Positions 1 through 8,816 of a stretch of DNA of 64,000 nt are shown in pieces. How positions within the stretch are numbered: position 1 is the stretch's first letter; every line of letters starts with the position of its first letter. The stretch covers positions 192,001 through 256,000 of the forward strand of contig CAWBGA010000001.1 of NCBI GenBank assembly GCA_963788195.1, in the 5' to 3' direction. The stretch comes from Nitrospirota bacterium. GTDB taxonomy: Bacteria; Nitrospirota; Nitrospiria; Nitrospirales; NS-4. Both the position numbers and the translations under genes were made by a program. Under the pieces are notes generated by a model that ran no database searches, was not told where the DNA came from, and saw nothing but the letters and a program-made list of their open reading frames with translations.

Positions 1-84
1 ATATTGAAGTCCACATCGACGACCGGCTCCGGCAGCGGCACCCCGAGGTGAATATGACGCTATGGGTCCCCACGAGCTGAGGCG

Positions 85-1209
85 ATGCGCATTGCACTGG
101 ACGTCAGCCCTCTGCTTGGTACGCGGGCCGGCGTTGGAACCTATGTGGAACGCCTGGCCACCGCGCTGATCGCGCTATCCCCGGAACATCAATATTACCT
201 CTATTCACCTCACTCGTTGGCCCCTTCGGATATTGCCGCGTTCGACAAATTTCATAACACCAAAATTGTTCGCTGCCCGGGGTGGTTCATGGGGGCCCAG
301 GCATGGTGGGACCACGTGGACGTCTTTCATGGGATGAATTACAAGTTGCGGGGACGGGGCCGCTACGGAAATGTCGTGACCATTCATGACTTGGCTCTGG
401 ATCGGATCGCCCAACCCTCGCGCAAGCTCTTCGGTCAGCAGAGCTCGTTTCGCCGGAGCCGGCGGACGGCGCTTCGCGCCTCACGCGTGGTCGCCGTCTC
501 TCAACACACAGCCACCGATATCGCTGAACTTTATGGCGTCCCCGTAGAGCGCATCAAGGTGGTGAGAAACGGCCCGGGCGGAGACTTTTCTCCCGTCGAG
601 GACAGAGCGATGATCGACTCGGTCAAGGCCCGTTGCGGTATTCATGGGGACGAGTTTATTCTTGTCAGTGGAGGCGCCGAGCCACGCAAGAACGTCGCGC
701 GGGTGATTGAAGCCTTTGGACGCGTGCCGGAGCTGCGCGCGAGGTTTCAGTTGGTTGTACTCGGTGGGCTCGAGCATGGGGGGGAGGCGCTCCATCAGGC
801 GGTTCAACGTGCAGGGCTCGCGTCCGCTGTGGTGTTTGCCGGTCACGTGCCTGTCCAGGATCTTCAATCGCTCTACTCTTCTTGTTCCCTCTTCGCGTTC
901 GTATCGCTCTATGAGGGATTTGGAATGCCCGTCCTGGAGGCGATGGCGTGCGGCGCCCCGGTGATCTGTTCGAACACCTCAGCCCTGCCGGAGGTGGCGG
1001 GAGATGCGGCCCTCCTTGTGGATCCGACAAGCGTGGAGGCCATTGCGAATGCCATCATTAAAGTTGTTTCCAGCGAGGACATCCGCGAAGACCTTTGCCG
1101 CCGAGGGCGGATTCGTGCCAGGAGCTTCACTTGGGAGCGCGCTGCAGGTGAACTGCTGGATGTATACGCTGACCTTGCTCGCAACACGGGTGTCCCCGAT
1201 GCCAATTGA
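85..1209 (+). CDS. Glycosyltransferase family 4 (GT-B)
   Basis: 374 aa; N-terminal MRIALD...GVGTY, VVTIHDL, EPRKN, C-terminal SLYEGFGMPVLEAMACGAPVI motif. Confidence 0.92.
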   Translation: MRIALDVSPLLGTRAGVGTYVERLATALIALSPEHQYYLYSPHSLAPSDIAAFDKFHNTKIVRCPGWFMGAQAWWDHVDVFHGMNYKLRGRGRYGNVVTIHDLALDRIAQPSRKLFGQQSSFRRSRRTALRASRVVAVSQHTATDIAELYGVPVERIKVVRNGPGGDFSPVEDRAMIDSVKARCGIHGDEFILVSGGAEPRKNVARVIEAFGRVPELRARFQLVVLGGLEHGGEALHQAVQRAGLASAVVFAGHVPVQDLQSLYSSCSLFAFVSLYEGFGMPVLEAMACGAPVICSNTSALPEVAGDAALLVDPTSVEAIANAIIKVVSSEDIREDLCRRGRIRARSFTWERAAGELLDVYADLARNTGVPDAN

Positions 1210-2236
1210 GACTCCTCAGAGCATCCTTGTGATGAAGCTCCGGTATATCGGGGATGTTGTCCTGTCGACGCCGGTGCTGAGTCGTCTGCGCGAGGGCTTC
1301 CCGAAGGCAAGAATCACCATGTTGGTGAACGCCGGGACAGAGGAGGTTGTTCAGGATCATCCGGCGCTCGATGAGGTGATGGTGGTCGCGCGAGAAGGCA
1401 TGAGGAATTGGCGGTTGCTCGTGGAGCTTCGCCGGCGACGGTTCGATGTGGTGTTGGACCTCACCGACGGGGATCGCTCAGCCATCCTTGGTAAGCTTTC
1501 CGGCGCCCCGACCCGTATCGGCTACAACAGTGAGCACCGGTGGCGGGGCAGGCTCTATACGCATATCGTGAAGGCAGATCGGTTCGCCATGCACACGATC
1601 CAGTACCACCTAGCCGCTACGGAAGCTCTTGGACTGTCCGGCCCTATCCCGGAGCCTCACATCCAAATCGCTCGCGATGCCAGGGACGCCGCGAAGTCTC
1701 TATTGCAGGAGGCCATGGTCGACCCAGACAAGCCGTTTGTCTGTCTTCATCCTGGAGCCCGGTGGTGGTTCAAATCTTGGCCTGCGGAGCGTTTTGCGGC
1801 ATTAGCGGATCGCATCCAAGCACAGACCGAAGCCCAGACGCTGTTTCTCGGAAGCGAGGGCGATCGGAAGGTTATAGGCGACATTGTGACGGCCATGCGG
1901 ACTCCGGGGCGCAGCCTTGTGGGCCGGACCCGCTTGCAAGAAGTGGCAGCGATTCTGGAACGTGCGCTGTTGATGATCAGTAATGACAATGGTCCGATGC
2001 ACATCGCGGCGGCCGTGGGAACACCGGTGATCGGTCTCTTCGGCCCTTCCGATCCGGCGATCTGGGGACCCTGGGGAGTCGGCCATCGCACTTTTTACAA
2101 ACAGGTCGACTGCCGCAGTTGTTTTCATCCTGATTGCTTCCGAGGGGAAGCCAATTGTATGCGACTCATCTCTCTCGACGAAGTATGGGAGGTTGTCCGG
2201 CATCGCTTGGTGGTAAGCCAGTGCACAAACAGTTAA
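1199..2236 (+). CDS. LPS heptosyltransferase, GT9 family (RfaQ/WaaQ-like)
   Basis: ATG 1199 overlaps upstream gene; KLRYIGDVVLSTP, LHPGARWWFKSWP, ISNDNGPMHIAAAVGTPVIGLFGPS motifs. Confidence 0.9.
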   Translation: MPIETPQSILVMKLRYIGDVVLSTPVLSRLREGFPKARITMLVNAGTEEVVQDHPALDEVMVVAREGMRNWRLLVELRRRRFDVVLDLTDGDRSAILGKLSGAPTRIGYNSEHRWRGRLYTHIVKADRFAMHTIQYHLAATEALGLSGPIPEPHIQIARDARDAAKSLLQEAMVDPDKPFVCLHPGARWWFKSWPAERFAALADRIQAQTEAQTLFLGSEGDRKVIGDIVTAMRTPGRSLVGRTRLQEVAAILERALLMISNDNGPMHIAAAVGTPVIGLFGPSDPAIWGPWGVGHRTFYKQVDCRSCFHPDCFRGEANCMRLISLDEVWEVVRHRLVVSQCTNS

Positions 2237-3369
2237 ACATCCTCTTCGTTCACGGTATCACCGAGATCGGGGGCGCCGAGCGTGAGTTGCTCCGCATGCT
2301 GGTGCCGCTTTCTCATCTCGGATATTACCCTATCATCGCGTGCCCTGCTCAGGGGCCATTGGTCGAGGAACTCGTGCGACGCAACATCGAACACCACACG
2401 GTGGTCCTGCCGGCCTGGCATAAGTTCAGGGGCTATATGCAGCGAGCGTCCTCCGCGAGCCATTTGCAAAAAATCATCCGAAACGCGCATCCGGTCGCAG
2501 TGCATGTCAATGACATCTGGTGGGTACCGCAGACGTTGCGGGCCGCTGCCAACCTAAAGATTCCGATCGTGGCGCATGTCCGTCAGGAAATCGAACCACG
2601 CAAAGCCAGGCACTACGCGTTAGCCGACGCGGATCTTCTGCTCGCGGTCTCCAGCCACATCCGAGACGCCTTGATCAATGGAGGAATCCCGGCGGCGCGG
2701 GTGATGACTGTCCACAGCGGTCTGGATCTCAGCGATATTACGGTGGAGGCTTCTCCAGTTCAGATTCGATCACAGTTTGGCATTCCAAACGGCGCGCCGC
2801 TCCTGGGGACCCTTGCGAGCATCTTTACTCGGAAAGGCCATGAGGTCATGCTGAGAGCACTGCCGAACATTCTTCGTTCGTTCCCGGATGCGCATTATTT
2901 CATCATCGGCACAGGCGACGCCGATTGCGAGGCTGTCTTGCGTTCTCAAGTGAAAGACCTGGGTCTCGAAGGACGCGTTCACTTCGCTGGGTTTCAGGAA
3001 TCGGTGTTTGGCTTTCTTGCGGCGTTTACGATATACGTGCATCCCGTCCTGATGGAAGGCTTCGGTCTTGCCGTCCTCGAGGCCATGGCCATGGGACGGC
3101 CCGTCGTCGCAACAGCCACCGGCGGCTTGCCGGAGATTGTGCGACATGGCGAGACGGGGCTTTTGGTGCCACCGGGGGACGAAATCGCCCTGGCTGAGGC
3201 GATCGTGGCTCTTTTGAGGGATCCCGAACGGGCCGATTCGATGGGACAGGCGGGTCGCGTACGCGTCGGTGCGCTCTTTTCAGAGGAGGCGATGATGCAG
3301 CAACTGAGAGCTGCCTATGAATTGGTCCTGAGAAGTCCGCATTCTAACGAAAAAACGGTTTCCGTATGA
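2221..3369 (+). CDS. Glycosyltransferase family 4
   Basis: GTG 2221; IGGAER, RKGH, EGFGLAVLEAMAMGRPVVAT motifs. Confidence 0.9.
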   Translation: MHKQLNILFVHGITEIGGAERELLRMLVPLSHLGYYPIIACPAQGPLVEELVRRNIEHHTVVLPAWHKFRGYMQRASSASHLQKIIRNAHPVAVHVNDIWWVPQTLRAAANLKIPIVAHVRQEIEPRKARHYALADADLLLAVSSHIRDALINGGIPAARVMTVHSGLDLSDITVEASPVQIRSQFGIPNGAPLLGTLASIFTRKGHEVMLRALPNILRSFPDAHYFIIGTGDADCEAVLRSQVKDLGLEGRVHFAGFQESVFGFLAAFTIYVHPVLMEGFGLAVLEAMAMGRPVVATATGGLPEIVRHGETGLLVPPGDEIALAEAIVALLRDPERADSMGQAGRVRVGALFSEEAMMQQLRAAYELVLRSPHSNEKTVSV

Positions 3370-4160
3370 TCACGGCAGAGCGGGTAAGCCTCGTGATTCC
3401 CGTCTACAATCAACTCATGCACACGATGCAGTGCCTGGAGTCGATCCAGCGGCTGCCGGACCAGGCCGGTGACCTCATCGTCGTCGACAATGGATCCAGC
3501 GATGGAACCTCAGATTATCTCAAGGGTCGGGACCTGAGGGTCATCACAAACACTGTCAATCTGGGCTGCGCCAAAGCGTGGAACCAGGGGGTACGCGCCA
3601 GCCGGGGCGATGTCATCGGAATTTTGAACAACGATATCGTCGTCACACAGGGGTGGCTGTCTGCGCTGCTAATCTTTATGGAGCGGACAGGATGTGCTAT
3701 CGTCAGTCCCGCGATGCGTGAGGGGCCTTTGGATTATGAACTGGACCGCTATGCCGCGGAGTTCACCACGGCGTGTGGCACAGCGACTCGTAAGGGACTT
3801 CTCGGACCCTGCATGTTTGTTCGGCGCGCGGTGTTTGACAGCGTCGGACTCTTTGACGAAGCGTTCGCGTACGGGGGTTGTGAAGACATCGACTTCCTGT
3901 GGCGCGCCGAGGAAGCAGGCTTTACCGCAATCGTGACGGGCGCCGCTTTCATCCACCACTTTGGCATGGTGACGCAGAGAGCCATCAAGCAACGGGAGCT
4001 CAAGACCTATCCGGCGCGGAATCTAGAATATTTTCAGAGCAAGTGGGGGCGCACAGTTCGCGGGAACTGGTTTCAGCGCCGGTGGTCCGACCTGCAGCAA
4101 GCCTTGACTGAACGCTACGAACGGCTGCGATATGGGCATGAACTAGTCGAACGGGAATGA
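3366..4160 (+). CDS. Glycosyltransferase family 2 (GT-A)
   Basis: VSLVIPVYN, VVDNGSSDGT, LNND, EDIDF motifs. Confidence 0.92.
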   Translation: MITAERVSLVIPVYNQLMHTMQCLESIQRLPDQAGDLIVVDNGSSDGTSDYLKGRDLRVITNTVNLGCAKAWNQGVRASRGDVIGILNNDIVVTQGWLSALLIFMERTGCAIVSPAMREGPLDYELDRYAAEFTTACGTATRKGLLGPCMFVRRAVFDSVGLFDEAFAYGGCEDIDFLWRAEEAGFTAIVTGAAFIHHFGMVTQRAIKQRELKTYPARNLEYFQSKWGRTVRGNWFQRRWSDLQQALTERYERLRYGHELVERE

Positions 4161-4216
4161 AGAGAAAGATGATTTTATCTAGGCCGCTGGCCGATTTTGT
4201 GAGGAGAATCGTTTAA

Positions 4217-5227
4217 ATGGCACCATCGAGTATGCGTGTCGTGATCACAGGCGGCGCAGGGTTTCTCGGCAGTCATCTTTGCCGGCGCCTGATCGATCTT
4301 GGGCATAAGGTGGTCTGTATCGACAACCTCATCACGGGCTCGATGGATAATGTCGCCGACCTCATGGGTCATGAACAGTTCATGTTCGTCAAATACAATG
4401 TCTGTGATTACCTACATGTGGCAGGCCCGCTGGATGCGGTGATGCATTTTGCCTCGCCCGCGAGCCCGCAAGATTATCTCGAGCTGCCCATTGCAACCTT
4501 GAAGGTCGGGGCCTTGGGGACGCACAAAGCCCTGGGGCTGGCGAAGGCCAAGAATGCCCGTTTCCTGCTTGCGAGCACTTCCGAAGTCTACGGCGACCCC
4601 TTGGTGTCTCCCCAACCAGAGGAGTATTGGGGGAATGTGAATCCGATCAGTCCACGTGGCGTGTACGATGAGGCCAAGCGCTTTGCCGAGGCCATGACAA
4701 TGGCCTACCATCGTTATCACGGCCTGGATACGCGTATTGTCCGCATCTTCAACACCTATGGCCCCGCCATGCGGCCCAAGGACGGCCGTGTCGTCTCGAA
4801 CTTCATTGTGCAGGCCCTCACCGGAGAGGCCTTGACTGTGTATGGAAGTGGTAGCCAGACTCGAAGCTTTTGCTATGTGGATGATCTGGTTGAGGGGATC
4901 ATCAGACTCTTGCTGCTGACTTCGGATCGGACTCATCAAGAGCGCACCGACCGCTCATTCATCTACCAAGGCAGCACGTCCTCGATCCATGACCCGACAA
5001 ACATCGGCAATCCGGAGGAGCTCTCGGTTTTGGAGATCGCCCAGAAAGTGCAGGCACTCGTCGGAACAGACACTCCCATCGAGTTCAAGCCACTGCCGGT
5101 CGATGACCCCAAGGTGCGCCGGCCGGACATTACCCGGGCCAGAAAACTCCTTGAATGGGAACCGAAGGTAGGCTTGGATGAGGGCCTTCGCCGCACCATT
5201 GATTACTTCCGCAAGCGAGTGCTATGA
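4217..5227 (+). CDS. UDP-glucuronate decarboxylase (UDP-xylose synthase-like extended SDR)
   Basis: [55 protein letters not shown]. Confidence 0.9.
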   Translation: MAPSSMRVVITGGAGFLGSHLCRRLIDLGHKVVCIDNLITGSMDNVADLMGHEQFMFVKYNVCDYLHVAGPLDAVMHFASPASPQDYLELPIATLKVGALGTHKALGLAKAKNARFLLASTSEVYGDPLVSPQPEEYWGNVNPISPRGVYDEAKRFAEAMTMAYHRYHGLDTRIVRIFNTYGPAMRPKDGRVVSNFIVQALTGEALTVYGSGSQTRSFCYVDDLVEGIIRLLLLTSDRTHQERTDRSFIYQGSTSSIHDPTNIGNPEELSVLEIAQKVQALVGTDTPIEFKPLPVDDPKVRRPDITRARKLLEWEPKVGLDEGLRRTIDYFRKRVL

Positions 5228-6000
5228 AGCTCCACTGCTTTATTTGCGCCACCGTTGTTTTTCCGAACGACCCCGAGGCCGATCTCAAGCACCACAGTTA
5301 CTTTCTGCATGCCCAGGTGGCCGCCCTCCAGAAAATTCCCGTTGAACTGACGCTCATTCAGAACGGCTGCGAATTTCCATCGCTTGGCATTCCCGTCATC
5401 CGCAATCCGATCGCAAAAAGCGTGACCTACAACTATCTTCTTTGTGACGCAAACTGTGCCGGCGATTATTGGATTTTTCTGCCGGAGGACTCACGCATCA
5501 CGGAGAACGGCTGGGAAGCCATCCGCAAGCGGGATGGTCGTAACTGTTTTTCGATGGCGAAAGATCCGAAATGCTGCGTGTTCCGAAAGGGAATATTTGA
5601 CAGTCTGCCGCCGCACGTGCGTGCCGCCGCAGATCTGAACTTTCTGGGTAAGGAATTCGGGCATCTGCTGGTCCGGGGAGAACTCGACAAACAGGGCTTT
5701 CACTCAATTACACCGAATTGGACCCAAGTCAGCAAGGACCCGCCGTTATGGGGTAACGAATACTTCGAGATGATTCCGGGGCAGCATCCTAACGCGAACC
5801 AGCTTCGCCGGATGCCGTGTCTTGATAACTATGGAGTTCGAGAATACAAGGCAGAGGCGTCGAAGATTGAAGAGCTGTTTACGAAAATTGTCCGGGACAA
5901 CATCGAGGAACTCGCAAAGGATGCAACAAGTTGTAAATCGCTGGTTTCCTCCTATGGACCGGTCTTTACGGATGTTCCGTATGATCCAAGCAAAAGTTAG
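5224..6000 (+). CDS. Hypothetical protein (258 aa, Cys-rich)
   Basis: ATGA overlap with upstream gene; long open frame; no motif recognised. Confidence 0.65.
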   Translation: MKLHCFICATVVFPNDPEADLKHHSYFLHAQVAALQKIPVELTLIQNGCEFPSLGIPVIRNPIAKSVTYNYLLCDANCAGDYWIFLPEDSRITENGWEAIRKRDGRNCFSMAKDPKCCVFRKGIFDSLPPHVRAAADLNFLGKEFGHLLVRGELDKQGFHSITPNWTQVSKDPPLWGNEYFEMIPGQHPNANQLRRMPCLDNYGVREYKAEASKIEELFTKIVRDNIEELAKDATSCKSLVSSYGPVFTDVPYDPSKS

Positions 6001-6135
6001 GTTCCGCGAGCGCAGTGACTGTCCGGGAGGGGGCTGCGGGTCGTGCTGCGGCGATACTTGGTAGACCCTACCGGATCTGTTACAATCCACTAGTGGTCTG
6101 CAACTACTTATCACAGTACCGTGACCAACTTGCAC

Positions 6136-6190
6136 TTCGACAAGCTCAGTGCGAACGGAGTGAGTAGCCGTTCGTGGTGACCCTGTCCAA
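6136..6190. repeat. REP-like imperfect palindrome
   Basis: ttcgacaagctcagtgcgaacgg (6136-6158) pairs imperfectly with ccgttcgtggtgaccctgtccaa (6168-6190); intergenic. Confidence 0.55.
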
Positions 6191-6244
6191 CCATGGACGG
6201 CCCGCCATTAGATTGTCTGTTTACGATCCACTAGGAGAACACTG

Positions 6245-7258
6245 ATGGCTAAAATTCTGGTCACGGGCGCTGCCGGCTTTATTGGTTTCCATCTGACGAA
6301 GCGACTCCTTGCGCGGGGCGATGAAATTCTCGGCCTCGATAATCTTAACGAGTATTACGATGTCACGCTCAAGGAAGCCCGGCTGGCTCAGCTAACGAAA
6401 GAGAAGGGATTCAGTTTCTACAAGCTGGACCTTGTGGACCGGGAGGGGATTCGTCAGCTCTTTATGGAGCACGCCCCTGACGTCGTCGTCAATCTCGCAG
6501 CGCAGGCGGGCGTGCGCTATGCCGAGAAAAATCCATTTGCGTACATTGACAGTAATCTGGTTGGATTTGCACAGATTCTAGAGTGTTGTCGACACTTTAA
6601 GACAAAGCATTTGATCTACGCCTCGTCCAGTTCGGTATACGGGGCGAATACCCGCATGCCCTTTTCCGTCCACGACAATGTGGATCATCCGATCAGCCTC
6701 TACGCAGCCAGCAAGAAATCCAACGAATTAATGGCGCATACGTACAGTCATCTGTATCGACTGCCGGTCACTGGCTTGCGGTTTTTTACCGTCTATGGTC
6801 CGTGGGGAAGACCGGACATGGCGCTGTTTCTGTTCACCAAGGCGATCCTGAAGGGTGAGCCGATCAAGGTGTTCAATTTTGGGAAGATGCGGCGTGACTT
6901 CACCTATATCGATGATATCGTAGAAGGCATGGTGCGGCTCTTGGACAAACCACCATCGCCCAATGCGAGCTGGTCCGGAGACCGCCCCGACCCCGGTACC
7001 AGCCTGGCGCCGTATAAGATCTATAACATCGGCAACAACCAGCCAGTGGAGTTAATGCGATTTATCGAAGTCCTCGAAATGAAGCTTGGCAGGAAGGCAG
7101 AGAAGAACATGATGCCGCTGCAACCCGGGGATGTGCCCGAAACCTACGCCGATGTGGAGGACTTGGTGCGTGACGTTGGATTCAAGCCCGACACAGCCAT
7201 TGAGGTCGGCATCGAGCGATTTGTCACCTGGTATCGTGAGTACTATCGGGTGACGTAA
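6245..7258 (+). CDS. UDP-glucuronate 4-epimerase (NAD-dependent)
   Basis: [55 protein letters not shown] upstream. Confidence 0.93.
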   Translation: MAKILVTGAAGFIGFHLTKRLLARGDEILGLDNLNEYYDVTLKEARLAQLTKEKGFSFYKLDLVDREGIRQLFMEHAPDVVVNLAAQAGVRYAEKNPFAYIDSNLVGFAQILECCRHFKTKHLIYASSSSVYGANTRMPFSVHDNVDHPISLYAASKKSNELMAHTYSHLYRLPVTGLRFFTVYGPWGRPDMALFLFTKAILKGEPIKVFNFGKMRRDFTYIDDIVEGMVRLLDKPPSPNASWSGDRPDPGTSLAPYKIYNIGNNQPVELMRFIEVLEMKLGRKAEKNMMPLQPGDVPETYADVEDLVRDVGFKPDTAIEVGIERFVTWYREYYRVT

Positions 7259-7273
7259 GCCTCATCTCAAAAA

Positions 7274-7440
7274 GGGGACAGGCTACTTTTTCAGGTATTC
7301 TCTATTGCACCCGCTATTTCACCCGCCTACCCCGCGGCTGCCAAGACAGCCGCTTTTCCCGTGGCCTGGAATCATTTCGACCCCTTGCGCTCTTCCCCTG
7401 TCCCAAACAGTCGTTCGTTCCGAAAAAGTTGCCTGTCCCC
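7274..7440. mobile_element. MITE-like / REP-type element with 19-bp inverted repeats
   Basis: ggggacaggctactttttc (7274-7292) and gaaaaagttgcctgtcccc (7422-7440) are reverse complements with 1 mismatch; lies between convergent genes; no transposase. Confidence 0.5.
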
Positions 7441-7460
7441 ATGGCGGGAAACTGTCTAAA

Positions 7461-7886
7461 CTAAAGCCGATGTCCGTACGAAAGAGAAGTGGGCCCCCAT
7501 TCCCAATATTTCCAGTCCATGAGTAGCTTGCTCCCCCGGTCAAATACCAACTCCATCCGGTGTCCAAACATCGGATTGCCATCCTCAGCAGAAATCGGAG
7601 GTGTCAGCGGTACTGAATGGTTCCAGTGCCAGTTCGCCCGAATCGGAGCGCCGTCTAATTTGGTTCCCTGCGGTGAATCTCCGCTCAGCAAGGATGTGGG
7701 GGGACCCCAAGACTTAACCACTTCATCATAGGCCAACCGACCAATCGCATAATCCCAGGCGCTTCGGAAACGGACCTCCTGAAGATATTTCTCCTCAGCG
7801 GCTGGAAGGTGAGTCTGGCAGCCTGCTTGCCAGACAGACGTCAGTAACGCGCAGAGAAACCATATCCTCACCGTGGCGTTCTTCAT
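7461..7886 (-). CDS. Putative lipoprotein
   Basis: MKNATVRIWFLCALLTSVWQAGC: basic N-terminus, hydrophobic core, lipobox-like QAGC; ATG at 7886. Confidence 0.7.
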   Translation of the reverse strand: MKNATVRIWFLCALLTSVWQAGCQTHLPAAEEKYLQEVRFRSAWDYAIGRLAYDEVVKSWGPPTSLLSGDSPQGTKLDGAPIRANWHWNHSVPLTPPISAEDGNPMFGHRMELVFDRGSKLLMDWKYWEWGPTSLSYGHRL

Positions 7887-8000
7887 GTTCTGCTCATCAG
7901 CATCAACACGATAAATCCAGCCGGTTTTATTGCACAAACTGACCTTTCAGATCAACAGAACCTCGTGCACACTTAACGCTTTTGGTTGGGGAGTTTTCTC

Positions 8001-8040
8001 TTGAAACCCTCTTCGACAATATGTTCAAATTTCTGAATTC
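8001..8040 (+). promoter_or_regulatory. Putative sigma70-type promoter overlapped by TGTTCA-n-TGAA operator-like site
   Basis: TTGAAA at 8001 and TGTTCAAAT at 8022; same arrangement and 21-nt offset as at 42682/42703. Confidence 0.45.
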
Positions 8041-8252
8041 CCAACCACAAACCTAGGTATTTCATGTACTTAAGGGTCTTTCGAGATCTTCGACTCCTGG
8101 ATGAACTGGCGCGGGACATATCCGTCGCGAAGGAGTTCTACAAGCAAAAATTGTGACCTTGTGGCCTGCAGAGGTCACTGGCCGGCAGATGCTCGTTTGA
8201 TTGTGCCGCATCTCAGCGGCAGGAGCAGTAAGGAGAGGTATTTTTCGTGATC

Positions 8253-8276
8253 TGTAAGTGAGAGGGCGAAGCTTTG
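8253..8276 (+). promoter_or_regulatory. ops-like element, copy 1
   Basis: tgtaagtgagagggcgaagctttg, 22/24 identical to 43397-43420; last 12 nt GGCGAAGCTTTG have the GG-n8-TG layout of the RfaH ops site. Confidence 0.6.
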
Positions 8277-8816
8277 TCTTCCTCCCGAAAGAAACCCGTC
8301 ATAGAGACAATTGAGGAAATCAACAATGATTCTCTGTGGTACGCGATTCGCACTCGTTCGCGGCACGAAAAACAGGTGAGAGATCGCTTTGTCAAGCTTG
8401 GTATTGAATCGCTTCTGGCTACTGTGGTGCGGCTGAATCAGTGGAAGGATCGAAAAAAGGAGGTTGAGTCACCGTTATTTCCGGGCTATTGCTTTGGCCG
8501 GTTTTGCTGGCAAGACCGGATGGAAGTGCTAAAAGTCCAGGGTGTCGTGGATATCGTTGGCAACAAGAGTCGTCCCGAGCCGGTCCCGGAACAGGAAATC
8601 GAGTCCATCAGAATACTGATCACCAGTACGTTGCGTTATGATTCTCATCCTTATCTCCAGGAAGGCATGCCGGTTGAGGTGATCCGCGGGCCATTGAAAG
8701 GTATGCGGGGGATTTTGCTGCGAAAGGACAAGCGCCATCGCCTGGTGATCTCCGTGCATCTCATCCAACAGGCCGCGGCCGTGGAGATTGATGCCGATGA
8801 CGTTGTGTCGGTCTAG
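8274..8816 (+). CDS. UpxY/RfaH-like NusG-family transcription antiterminator
   Basis: WYAIRTRSRHEK, PLFPGYCF (NGN domain), C-terminal KOW VEVIRGPLKGMRG; start codon uncertain. Confidence 0.9.
   Translation: MSSSRKKPVIETIEEINNDSLWYAIRTRSRHEKQVRDRFVKLGIESLLATVVRLNQWKDRKKEVESPLFPGYCFGRFCWQDRMEVLKVQGVVDIVGNKSRPEPVPEQEIESIRILITSTLRYDSHPYLQEGMPVEVIRGPLKGMRGILLRKDKRHRLVISVHLIQQAAAVEIDADDVVSV

Noticed and set aside
1..84. 3' end of an upstream gene
   Set aside because: Two + frames end here (TGA at 49-51 and 78-80) but the stretch is too short to assign
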